From assembly GCA_001599295.1 (NCBI GenBank), contig BCGN01000002.1:124001-188000 (forward strand): 64,000 nt of DNA, read 5' to 3'. Below, in pieces: positions 1 to 10,332 of this stretch; position 1 is the first letter of the stretch; every line of letters starts with the position of its first letter. The position numbers were made by a program, and so were the translations under genes. A model generated the notes under the pieces. That model worked only from the letters and a program-made list of their open reading frames with translations. It had not been told where the DNA came from and made no database searches. Source of the stretch: Sporopachydermia quercuum (lineage: Eukaryota).

Positions 1-649
1 TCGCGCCAATGGTCGCGGCAACAGCTTTTGCTAGCAATGTTTTACCAGTACCAGGAGGTCCATAGAGCAAAACACCTTTGGGAGGTTTGATGCCTACTCT
101 AATGAACAATTCTGGGTTCTTCAGAGGCAATTCAATTACTTCACGCAATTCTCTGATTTGTTCAGTCAAACCACCAATTCCCCCGAAGGAAACTTCACCA
201 GGCTCAAAAGTTGTCATATTATAAACCAAAGGATCCACTTCTCTTGGTAGAATTCTCATGATAGTAAGAGTAGTCATATCTAGAGCAACTCGGACTCCTT
301 GTTTCAACTGCGATTTTTTAACATTGGTACGACATCCAACAATATATCTAGGACCAGATGAAGCTTTCACAATGAAACGTTCGTCATCTAGTTGTTTTAA
401 TACTTCGCCAATGACCTGTCCTACAGATTGTAAAGCTTTCATGTCATCTTCAGTCTTCTCAAACTGTTTCTCCAGGTCCTGAATCCCTAGTCGTAGTTCT
501 TTCAAACGGCTATCCCAAGTTCGATGTTCTATCAGCTTCTTCTTGAAATGTTCTAAGGCTTTTTCTCGTTCGGGATCTGCACGTGTTTGAGCTTCCTGGG
601 GCATTCCTTCGTCCTGCTCCAAAGCAGAGAGTAAAGGATCTTGTTCCAT
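1..649 (-). CDS. RPT4: 26S proteasome regulatory AAA-ATPase subunit Rpt4 (5' part; runs off the window edge)
   Basis: Minus-strand translation from ATG at 649: [10 protein letters not shown]...KALQSVGQ...[97 protein letters not shown]. Walker A motif plus Rpt4-specific stretches. Absent from the ORF track because it has no stop in the window. Confidence 0.96.
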   Translation of the reverse strand, partial: MEQDPLLSALEQDEGMPQEAQTRADPEREKALEHFKKKLIEHRTWDSRLKELRLGIQDLEKQFEKTEDDMKALQSVGQVIGEVLKQLDDERFIVKASSGPRYIVGCRTNVKKSQLKQGVRVALDMTTLTIMRILPREVDPLVYNMTTFEPGEVSFGGIGGLTEQIRELREVIELPLKNPELFIRVGIKPPKGVLLYGPPGTGKTLLAKAVAATIGA

Positions 650-1385
650 TGTTGGGATGTGAAGCGAGAAATCTGAGTGGAAATAAAGGATACGTAGTAG
701 TAATATGCTTTGATTTGTGNTTCAATAGAAGATATACAAAGCAGGTTTGTGATATTGATTAGATATGATTGTGATCACCTATGAAGTTGTGTTAAGTATG
801 TAGCGTATGAGCAGAGCAATTGGGCACGAAAGGTTGCGAGTATAATAGATAGATGAAAGGTAATACAATTCTATGTATGAGAACGTATGACTAACAGTCT
901 ATTAACAACACAATACTCAAAAAATGCCAAGCGTTGATTGATTATGAATACCAATCCTGCTTTCAATCATTCTATTGCATTCAGTTTACCCTCTTGATTC
1001 ATGTTGATGTATTTTGGTGTGGCAATTTACACTGGCTTTGCCTTTATGGACGCAGTAGAGGATGGGAAAGGAATGAGTAAATGGTGGCATGGGATATGAG
1101 ACAGTAGATATCCAAAGCATATGCCCTCACGTCTCCTCTTGATGCTCATGTGAACTTTTCAAAGGATGAAAAGTTACCCTGAAAAGACACAATTACTCAC
1201 TATAGGAAATTTGTGTCAATTTTCAATAACGATTAGAGTAGTGTGATATGCTACAGAGACTGGTTTTCTAGGGAGTCATTGAGTAGAAATAAAACTGCTT
1301 TATATGTTTTATCTTGTTTTCAGCACTATTAAATTTGTTATTTACCACAAATAAACCATATCCCATCCACAATCATCATCTCATT

Positions 1386-3227
1386 ATGGAGTTTCATGCT
1401 GTCATCCTCTGTGGGAAGGGCCATGGGCTCATCCCTTTGTCTTCCCTAAGACCAACTGGAGTTCCAAAAGCTTCGTTGCCAATTGCTAATAAGCCAATGA
1501 TCAATTATGTGCTAGATTGGTGTGCTGAAGCAGAATTCAAAGGTATGTCACGCTGTCGTTTCTTATCTTAAGGATTTTCTTACAGGATGTCAACCCCAAG
1601 CTGCTGCTAACGTAATATATAAAACACAGGTATTACCATTGTTACTGATACACAATCTTTGGTACCCATATCACAAACAGTAAAACAGTATCAAGAAACA
1701 AGCCCTTCAGGGAAACCCCAAACAACAGATCTAATTGGTCTGGACTATGAATTCACCGCGGACGTGATAAAAGCGCTTGCCAGCAAGCTAGTGCCTTCAG
1801 ACTTCGTGATTCTGCCTTGCGACTTCATCACTGACCTGCCTCCTCAGGTATTAATAGAAGAATATAGAAACAGAAGCGAGAATGACATAATGCTCACCGT
1901 AGCTTACTACAACAGTTTCGAGACCATCGATAAAAGCAATTTTGATACTAACTTTTTGATCCATACCCCACTGGGCGATGGGCCTGTGCAGCTGTTGGAT
2001 TTGTATTCAAAAGAGGCTATAGAAATAACAAAGAGTCTGAATCCCAGAACGCAAATGATCTGGCGTTTCCCAAANATTGTTGTGTCTACTAAACTACTAG
2101 AATCTTATATCACATTCTGTTCTCCTAAAGTGCTTCATTTGCTAGATCCAAGCTTGGTGCTTCCCCCTTCTGAGGAATCCTCTATAAACCCTTCAGTAGT
2201 AGGGTCTACCATTAGCTTGAACACGAAGTATACATTTAGTTCAAGCATCACTGGGCTCGCAGTATCTTCAAGCCCTTCAGTGGAAAATGACAAGGAATCA
2301 CGGCCATTACCAAAGACTGAGAACATCTCATGGACAAAGCTCATCAGAGACCTGGCTAGAAGGACATGGAGACACTCCGTAGCACAGGAAAATGTCCGGT
2401 TGTTTGTTCTGCCTAAACAGTGTACATTTGTTCGATCGCAGTCATTGCCGGCCTATTTGGAATCCAACCGTTGGATTATGAAGCAAGTGGCTATTGAGAA
2501 GAGCAAAGCAGCTGCTGGAGCGCCTCATGTGCAACTTAAAGGAGGTCCAGCTATTGGGGCGGATTCATTAGTTGGAGATAATACAGTTTTGGGAGAAAAA
2601 ACCAGCATTAAACGTAGTGTGGTTGGAAATAACTGTGTTATTGGGAAGAGATGTAAAGTGGTAGGATGTACGGTTCTTGATAATGTCGAAATAGCAGATG
2701 AGTAAGTATTGGTGAGGGTTTGGGTAATGGAAAATATTATTATTATACTCTGTTTGATCACATTAATACTAACATAGCTCAACTAACAGTGTTCATTTGG
2801 AAAACTGCATTATTGGAATTAATGCGATAATCGAAACAAAATCAAGACTTAACTCTTGTAATGTTGAAGGTGGATATAAAGTATTGAAAGGAAGTAAGTA
2901 CCATATGATTTGCAATTTTTTATTTTATTTTGATGAGCCTCTTATTTTCTACTATAATGTGCTTTTATTTATTGCTAATAATTCCATACCATACACATTA
3001 TAGTAGCCGATGCCCTATTATATGATACTAACATATCATTAGCTCAAAGCAAAGGTGAAACGCTACAAAACATTATTTTAGAAGGCATAGACGGCATTGA
3101 TTATCTACATTCTGATGAATACGATTCTGATGACAGTGCTGTTTCTGGTGCTGAGAGTTACTTAAGTTACAACGAAAAAGCAATTGATTCTGATGTGTTT
3201 TCTGATGATGATCCTTTTGCTAGGTGA
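1386..3227 (+). CDS. GCD1: Translation initiation factor eIF2B gamma subunit; 4 exons: 1386-1542, 1630-2701, 2790-2893, 3043-3227
   Basis: MEFHAVILCGKG...PKASLPIANKPMINYVLDWC nucleotidyltransferase-like N-terminus, DFVILPCDFITDLPP, C-terminal hexapeptide repeats and an acidic tail ending DDDPFAR*. Introns 1543-1629 (GTATGT..GCTAAC..CAG), 2702-2789 (GTAAGT..TACTAAC..CAG) and 2894-3042 (GTAAGT..TACTAAC..TAG) join in frame. Confidence 0.92.
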
Positions 3228-3915
3228 AGTTAATATAACCATGAAATNATGCTGCAAGTTAGAACAATAGACGTTTGGAGAAGAAATGGTAGATGAAACA
3301 GTAGTTAATGTGATGATGTATGAAAATAGGATTATATTATATTGTGGGAGTGTAGGATTTTAGTGTGTACTCCTATTATACTTCTATTGTGATACTAGAA
3401 TGAATAGTGAACTACTAATCCATATTATACTATTTAACATAACATCGCATACTACCATTAGTTTTGACATAGATAGAGCTCTAGTTGAAGAATTAACCAA
3501 ATTCACCACTACTACAATTCTCCTACAATTCAACTTTTATTCAGCCACTAATCTACTATTTTCTTATTAGTATTCAAATTTCATTAAACTTTTCTTTCAG
3601 ATATCAACTATATTTCCATGCTGATATCAATCATTATGTCCTTCCTGTATTCTGTATGTGCACTATCTGTTCAACCCGGAACCAAAGATCGGTTTTTCAG
3701 ATCATCTACTGCAAATATTTAATGCTCACCTAATCTTTTATTTCCTTCAGAGTGTACATATAATGTACACAACGCCATAGTACACACAATTAGGTATAAA
3801 CACAAATAGAGTTTGGAATATATAGTGTGTGAAATTAATATTACACAGTTAATTGTGATGATATAAAGGCTTTAAAGGTAACATTATAGTTAGAAAAAAA
3901 GGAAATAAACAAGGA

Positions 3916-4056
3916 AGTATCAGGCTTTTCATATTTGCATAAGAATATGTTGACAGTCACAAGAAACGTAAGTATAGAAGAACGGAAGATTGGACAAGGG
4001 CGACCTTGAATCTGTTCCCCGGCGGGCCATTCTCGGTTGTTGCATCATCATTTACT
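3916..4056 (-). ncRNA. Candidate box C/D snoRNA (~140 nt)
   Basis: Minus strand: AGTA-A-ATGATGA (box C at 4051-4045) ... CTGA (box D at 3923-3920)-TACT. The 4-bp terminal stem has canonical K-turn spacing, and the interior is GC-rich within an AT-rich intergenic region. Confidence 0.45.
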
Positions 4057-4610
4057 AATGTTGAACATTTCTTCAAGCTTCTGAAGTCTTCTGGTTGATA
4101 ATTTTCACACTTCTGCGAATCCTGTCAATTCTGCCTTTAGCACATCAACCTACTAAGATCAACAACAACCAGAAGTGAAAGAATTATGGTACATATCAAA
4201 ACGTTTGCAAATCAGACAATCCTAACCAAACAATGATACTATCAGCCCATCATATTCATATTATATAATCCATATCATATTAATTATCTTCTTAAACTGG
4301 TTCCTACCTCTTCCTATTTTTCCCAATGGAATACCTTCAATTACTTCCCTCTCATGAACAACTATTCGTCGCCTTACGTTCCAATCACATTTGTCTTTTC
4401 AATTCCTTATATAATTATGCTAATGAATGACTTTTAAACAGTACCAATTTGAACTGCTACATTGCGTCCTCTGTATAACCAACTTTAATTCCAATCTATG
4501 ATACTCCTGATCTACCGAATAATAGAATAACGTACCTCTATATTTCTGACAATNACAGACGTATATCAAACTCTTAATAGTATTAATTCATTACCAAGCT
4601 CATTATCTCA

Positions 4611-6584
4611 TCATAAACTAACACCAAACAGCCATCGGATCACCATGTAGAAAGCACTTTCACCACCGAAATTGCCTTGTTCATATAGCTTCAAATGGTT
4701 ACAGCTGAAAACATCATTTGGATCAACAAATAGATTTGGAACCACTTGTTTATTCTCACCAAATAAACCAATGCTAGGCTTACTATGAGGGGTCAGCAAC
4801 AACTCGTTATTAGCTATGATATTAAAATCGTTGAAGCTGGATTCAAATGGCAGAACTGTCAGCTGCAGGTTGTTTATTTCTACTATTTTTTGATCTAATG
4901 CTTTGTTTGTTGAATCAATGTTTTCGTATGATATCTTGAGCCATTGAGGACCTTTGATGATCGAATGAGGAGTAGGCTCATAACTTCCGAACAGTGAGAA
5001 ATAGGAAATGATAGGCTGAATATCATTGTTGGAGATTTGTGGAGAAATCCCGTAGATTATGATAGAAGTTGAGGACTTGTTTGTAGAGGAAACCGAAAGG
5101 GCAAGGGAAACGGAGACGGAATGTTGGTTGATGAGCTTAGGTTGGCTATAGCTTCCGGAATTCTGGACATTATTTCCGGAATTGCGGGTCAAGCTTCCGA
5201 AGTTTGAGCCATTAGTAGCAGAGACAGCGGAAATCGGGTTGTTCCGGTTGATTCTATGGGCTTCTTTATCCATCAGCTCGCTTAAACTTACTAAAGGAGG
5301 TAAATTGTTGAAATCAAACTGGCTATTGTTTCCGGTATTCATATTATTCTCTCCGATATTGAATTGGTTAATTCCGTAAGTTTTGTTTCCGATTGTTCCC
5401 GAACTTCCGGTATTGGCATTATTACTGTTGTTATTGCTATTGTTATTATTTCCGCTTCCGCCTTCAAACGAGTACTCGAAATCATCTCCGTCGTTAAACT
5501 CAATGTCATCATTACTAATAGTCATGAATCTCCGATATCCGGCATCATCTCCATCATCATCGTCGCCGGTATTTCCCGTACCATCAATTGATGAGAATGA
5601 TGACTTGGAAGCGCGCCGACTTCGGTTTCCGCTTTTTATGCGTCTATTCCGGTTTGTTAAGCCTCCCGTGCTGTCATCGCTGTGCCACAGCGAGTTCAGT
5701 ACTGCGTTTGACTTGGGCGAATTGGTATCAAAAGTGGTTGTTTTGTTCTTTTCGTCTATAATAGTGTTTAGCACAGTTGTGGCTGATTTGTAGGAAAGAA
5801 GTCTTTCTAATGATGGTACGTTCAATAGATTGTTCGATTGGTTTAGCTTGTGTAGAGGAGATTTGTCAAAAGGAACTATGGCTGATGTTGAGACTAAAGC
5901 TGGGGGAGGCGCTGAGCCTCCACCGGCAGAGGACAACAAATTCATCCCGAAACCAGCTGTGCTATCTGTAGCTGAGGTGGCTCGTTTTGGTGTCTCAATT
6001 GTAGAAACAGCGTCTATTACATCATTATGGTGCTTGGACATACGGAATGTTTGGTCAATAGAAGCTCTGGATTGGTTGTTTATACTATTTTGGGAGATGG
6101 TTAGAGGATTTTGCTGTAGCTGCACAGATTGAGACATTCCAAATGTACCTATAGAGAGGCCCGAAGCTGTTGTGGCCGACGGATTATTGCCGAAAACAGG
6201 GTTAGTACGAGTAGAAGAATTGGAAGCGTCACCTGTGGAACCGAAAGAAAATCCCGATGTTGCTCCTGAGTTGCCAAACGAGGAGATTTTATTACTAGTA
6301 CTGTTTGCGGTCGTATTCTGGGTGGTTGATCCCAATGCCGTGCTGGCTCCTCCTGGGCCTGACGGTTTGTTACCAAAAGAAAATCCGCTGGAAGGTCCAG
6401 TGGCCGAGTTACTCGCAGCCAGCGTATTTCCAGAGCTACTGCCGCCAAATAACGAGCCACCAGTGGCAGAATTCCCCGTCGTATTGCCAAATGAGAATCC
6501 TGTGCTTTTATTGATAGCATTGGCGCTCCCACCAGTGGCTATTGTTGAGTTGCCAGCTGTCTGATTACCAAAAGAAAATGACAT
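4611..6584 (-). CDS. NUP53: Nup53/Nup35 (Asm4)-like nucleoporin with N-terminal FG repeats
   Basis: Starts MSFSFG (ATG at 6584) with several FSFG/SFG/LFG repeats. C-terminal RRM-like segment IIIYGISP..ISYFSLFG..QWLKISYEN....KAL and terminal amphipathic helix FYMVIRWLFG, both typical of the Nup53 family. Confidence 0.7.
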   Translation of the reverse strand: MSFSFGNQTAGNSTIATGGSANAINKSTGFSFGNTTGNSATGGSLFGGSSSGNTLAASNSATGPSSGFSFGNKPSGPGGASTALGSTTQNTTANSTSNKISSFGNSGATSGFSFGSTGDASNSSTRTNPVFGNNPSATTASGLSIGTFGMSQSVQLQQNPLTISQNSINNQSRASIDQTFRMSKHHNDVIDAVSTIETPKRATSATDSTAGFGMNLLSSAGGGSAPPPALVSTSAIVPFDKSPLHKLNQSNNLLNVPSLERLLSYKSATTVLNTIIDEKNKTTTFDTNSPKSNAVLNSLWHSDDSTGGLTNRNRRIKSGNRSRRASKSSFSSIDGTGNTGDDDDGDDAGYRRFMTISNDDIEFNDGDDFEYSFEGGSGNNNNSNNNSNNANTGSSGTIGNKTYGINQFNIGENNMNTGNNSQFDFNNLPPLVSLSELMDKEAHRINRNNPISAVSATNGSNFGSLTRNSGNNVQNSGSYSQPKLINQHSVSVSLALSVSSTNKSSTSIIIYGISPQISNNDIQPIISYFSLFGSYEPTPHSIIKGPQWLKISYENIDSTNKALDQKIVEINNLQLTVLPFESSFNDFNIIANNELLLTPHSKPSIGLFGENKQVVPNLFVDPNDVFSCNHLKLYEQGNFGGESAFYMVIRWLFGVSL

Positions 6585-7508
6585 TTTGTAGTATGTTCTA
6601 CAATGCCAAAATATTCTAGAAAAATATGAAAGTTTTCTCTGATTTTTGATTGATTTGCCGATATTACACACAGTGCTTTGATTTGATTTATTGTTTGTTT
6701 GTTTTTGGTAGAAGAGAAAAATAAGATTTCCGTTGTAAAAGAGAATAGAATAATTTCCGGATTGAGGGGTGTTCTGCAGAGCTTTGCGAATACAATAATG
6801 AATTATGGAGATTATGATTAAGGTTCATATATGATGAAAACTTTCGGAACGATGTAGATGAAAGAATGAGATAGTCTCCGATATTATAATAATATTTCGG
6901 ATATTATAAATCAAACGAAGACAGTAGTATCAGAGAACTAGAATAATTTATCGTTATGCTACGAATTGCTATTACTATTGCTTCTATTTTGCCCCTAATT
7001 CTAGTATGATGATATTATTATTTTGTTTTCATTACTATTGTGAGATATATCTATATGATATATGATTAATAATAAACTCACTCAAACTAATAATGAACTT
7101 GTTATATTATACAAATCAGAGAACTACAATAAAGCCTTACTCAATTGCATTCTTCCATCATTTCGCTAATAAAATGCAGTGTAAACACAATATTTGGTTC
7201 TCTATACATTATCCAACAGAAAATCAAAGCAACAGCCAGAAATATAATGACTCCGCTCTAGTTCTTTTCTATCTAGTAGTTCTTTTCTGTTACTGCTACT
7301 TCCTATCGTCGTCAACTGCCTACCAATAATAAACAGAATAGAACTCAACATTAGCAATAGCAAGCGGCATTGCCCATACGTTTTCCATGTTTCCTTCTGC
7401 ATTAGCGTTATTCCTCCTTTCCTGCTTCTTATTAGTACACTCCGAATTATCCTTCACCTGTTCTACATATTTATAATCAAATCCTCTTTCATACTTTTCT
7501 TGCTACAG

Positions 7509-8759
7509 CTAGAAGTTCCTAAGAGCTCTCTCCAAATTCCGGTTTCGCACTGCCCATGAAGGAATAGGCGAATTGCTGCACCTCATATGTGCATTAGAAC
7601 TGAGATAATCAGCATCATCATTTAATGGACTAGACGCCCGTTGATTAACACCTTTTCCAATGTATATGTTGCTGTTGCCATCAATATTAGTAGCATAAAT
7701 AGAGCTACGGCCTGTACGTCGTTTGCCATTGACTCCATAGTTCTGGTTATTGAAATCACTTCTATCAGTACCATCATCATCATCCTCTGGACGAACTACT
7801 TTCATTTGCAGCTCACTCAATTGATCATTTGCTATGATTAGATCGTCGTGAATCAATTGCTGGAACCTTAGGGTATAGAAATATGTAGCTAGTGATGAGA
7901 CCACAAGCAATACTAACAGCTTTATATCGTCGTGAGACCATAAATATATCAATAATAAATGCACAGGCGAAAAGGAAGTCAAGATGAATAAGTTGAATGT
8001 TGGAGGAGCCCAGGAGTTCAGTTGCCATACTTCCTGAACCGCTGGTTCGTGCGCATGTGTGTTTGTCAGGAGGTTTATAAGGAAAACACGAATTCTATCC
8101 AGCAAAGATAGACAGCTGACCCGGTTATTGTTAGAGCCGCCAGCACCAGTCTTGGATCCCGTGGTATATCCTGTACTCGTTCTATTCCCTGCATTAGGCG
8201 GAATGTTTTTTTCCTTGATTACAGTACGTTTGACTGATCTCGAATGGATAAAGTCGTCAGAAGGCTTCGTGAACAGCCATCTGGTACTGGTTTTACTCCA
8301 GCAGTAACCGCAGTTGAGTATGTTGATAGACACCAATAGCCAATAGAATGTATATACAATTCCGGTAGCAGAAGATAGGGCGTAGCTAGAACTAGCATTG
8401 ATGTTGCCACTGGCTTGTAGAATATGCTTGCTTTTACTCAAATCAACCAGTTTGCCATTTACAACGCCAACAGTTGTGAATGGGAGTTCTATTTTGTCAA
8501 TTGACTGTTGAAACGTCTTAGAAATGTATACAGGAGCATTGGCGATTGAGGCATGCTTGTTTTCAAGGAAAAGGTCTATCAGAAGATATGATATTAGGAG
8601 AACAAAGCCAGTGATAAAACCTGTTACTCTTTCTATTGGTTCCCAATTGTAGTCAATGTTGATATGGAGATATGAAAGAAGGGTTGATAAAGATAATTTT
8701 GTTATTACCTGTAGGAGTTTCAATGGCGCTTTTAATGCTGATAGAAGTAGCTGATACAT
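7509..8759 (-). CDS. NUR1: Nuclear rim protein Nur1/Mug154 family (inner nuclear membrane protein)
   Basis: Hydrophobic TM segments and the family motif EVWQLNSWAPPTFNLFILTSFSPVHLLL. Confidence 0.75.
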   Translation of the reverse strand: MYQLLLSALKAPLKLLQVITKLSLSTLLSYLHINIDYNWEPIERVTGFITGFVLLISYLLIDLFLENKHASIANAPVYISKTFQQSIDKIELPFTTVGVVNGKLVDLSKSKHILQASGNINASSSYALSSATGIVYTFYWLLVSINILNCGYCWSKTSTRWLFTKPSDDFIHSRSVKRTVIKEKNIPPNAGNRTSTGYTTGSKTGAGGSNNNRVSCLSLLDRIRVFLINLLTNTHAHEPAVQEVWQLNSWAPPTFNLFILTSFSPVHLLLIYLWSHDDIKLLVLLVVSSLATYFYTLRFQQLIHDDLIIANDQLSELQMKVVRPEDDDDGTDRSDFNNQNYGVNGKRRTGRSSIYATNIDGNSNIYIGKGVNQRASSPLNDDADYLSSNAHMRCSNSPIPSWAVRNRNLERALRNF

Positions 8760-8786
8760 CGTGTGTTGTATATGTTGCAGGTGTTG

Positions 8787-8860
8787 TGTAGGTATAGATG
8801 CTATTATTAGCTGATTGAAGACTTGTAGGTTTAGATGCTACCATTAGCTGATTGAAGACT
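8787..8860. repeat. 37-bp tandem duplication (2 copies, 3 mismatches) just upstream of the NUR1 ATG
   Basis: TGTAGGTATAGATGCTATTATTAGCTGATTGAAGACT / TGTAGGTTTAGATGCTACCATTAGCTGATTGAAGACT. Confidence 0.9.
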
Positions 8861-9997
8861 GATCTTTGGTCTGATGCATAAAGAGTTGTAGTAGAAATAG
8901 TATGATGTCCAGTAAGTATAGGAATAGGAAGTTACTGATATACTACCAAACTGCTGGAAATGTTGAATTCAGTTACAGAGAAATGTCAATGTCGTGTAGT
9001 GAACTCTCCGCTTTAATTGTAGAGCTTCCTGTTGATCCTCTAATCCTTACAATGGAATTATATACTATGACAGTGTACAAATACAGTTGCTGATCGGTAA
9101 TTTTCTAATATCAGATATGCCTGCAGGATAGCGTTCATATGTTGAAATAAGGTAAATTGTAGTACTTTCCAGAAAATTAATTGAACATTCAATAGGTGGT
9201 TGACAACACGCTGTTAGGGCTATTTTGTGGAAAGGCGTAGAGACAGCTGAAAAAATGGTTGAATTGGTTTAAACCAGGTAAATAATCAAAATAGCATCAA
9301 TAACAGCCGTATACAATTGGTTTTTCCTGCCACTTTCAGGAGTCGACCATTTGGAATATTCACCAATAAGAAGAAATAATGAACAATGTAGGTGGAGTAG
9401 AGAAACTGAATGTACCACTATAAATCAACGTAGACTATTCTCCATCTAATGCGATGCGATGCAATTTTCACGACAATGTCAGCCCAACAACCAACTTCAA
9501 CTTCCAGAGGACTTTGCAGCTCATTTTTATCACAGAAGCACTCATTGAGCTTTCAAAATTTGTGGTAGTACTAAACGTCATTGTTTTGATATTGATGTAG
9601 AAAGACAATGATAGCGAAATACTGAAAATTGAGATGTGATGTGATGTTTGTATATAGATGATGAAATTTATTTCCGGAATTGGTGGATAGCGGCAATGAT
9701 GGATATGGATATCGAATGATAGAGAGGGGATGAGGAAAGATTACTTTGGTGGAATGATATGAGGTGAATGAATTTTATAATTCTAGAGAGTCTAAGAAGA
9801 AATAAAATTGTGAAGGTCAGTATTAAGAGCTATCAGAGTTTAAATATTCAATAACTTCTATTAGAAATGGCGTGTTCTAGTCCAGTTATTTCAGTGCTTC
9901 CTGCCCTATTCTTATGGTCTCTACTCTACCTCTCTCTTCAGCATTCTTGCTATTCACTACTTATTCATAATCTCCGTCCCTGTTACCTCTCAATTTG

Positions 9998-10009
9998 AAT
10001 CACGTGATT
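9998..10009. promoter_or_regulatory. Palindromic E-box (Cbf1/bHLH-type site)
   Basis: AATCACGTGATT, a perfect 12-bp palindrome containing RTCACGTG, ~325 bp upstream of the CofD-like ATG. Confidence 0.45.
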
Positions 10010-10332
10010 TAATATAAATCTGTCATCTCTTGTGACGCCTTTACATATTTTCATTTGTCCGGTGACCTGTAATTGTTATGCGTATTAAGCAATTGAAAGC
10101 TATTGTATTACCGTACAATCTTCTTATCAAGTAAATCTCAATTGCTCTAGAAACTCTTTGTTTGTTATTCTTCAATCAACCTGTCATACAAAGATTATAA
10201 TCATCCTCAGCAAGTCGTTATTACAGCTGAATTTTCGTATTTTCAGTCTGAATCAAGTGTTCCAGGTTTTATTGATTCATTCGAACTATTTCTGTTGCAC
10301 CTACAACGATAGCTTCTTATACAAAGCTTTCC

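Noticed and set aside
1016..1090. PACE/Rpn4-like motifs (GTGTGGCAAT, GGTGGCAT) upstream of RPT4
   Set aside because: Only partial matches to GGTGGCAAA. Plausible but not supportable from sequence alone.
3620..3720. CCCGGAACCAAAGA with partial complementarity to 18S, possible second snoRNA
   Set aside because: The match is short and no C/D or H/ACA framework could be built around it.
7093..7402. Short ORFs between NUP53 and NUR1
   Set aside because: Low-complexity UTR-like sequence with no recognisable domain.
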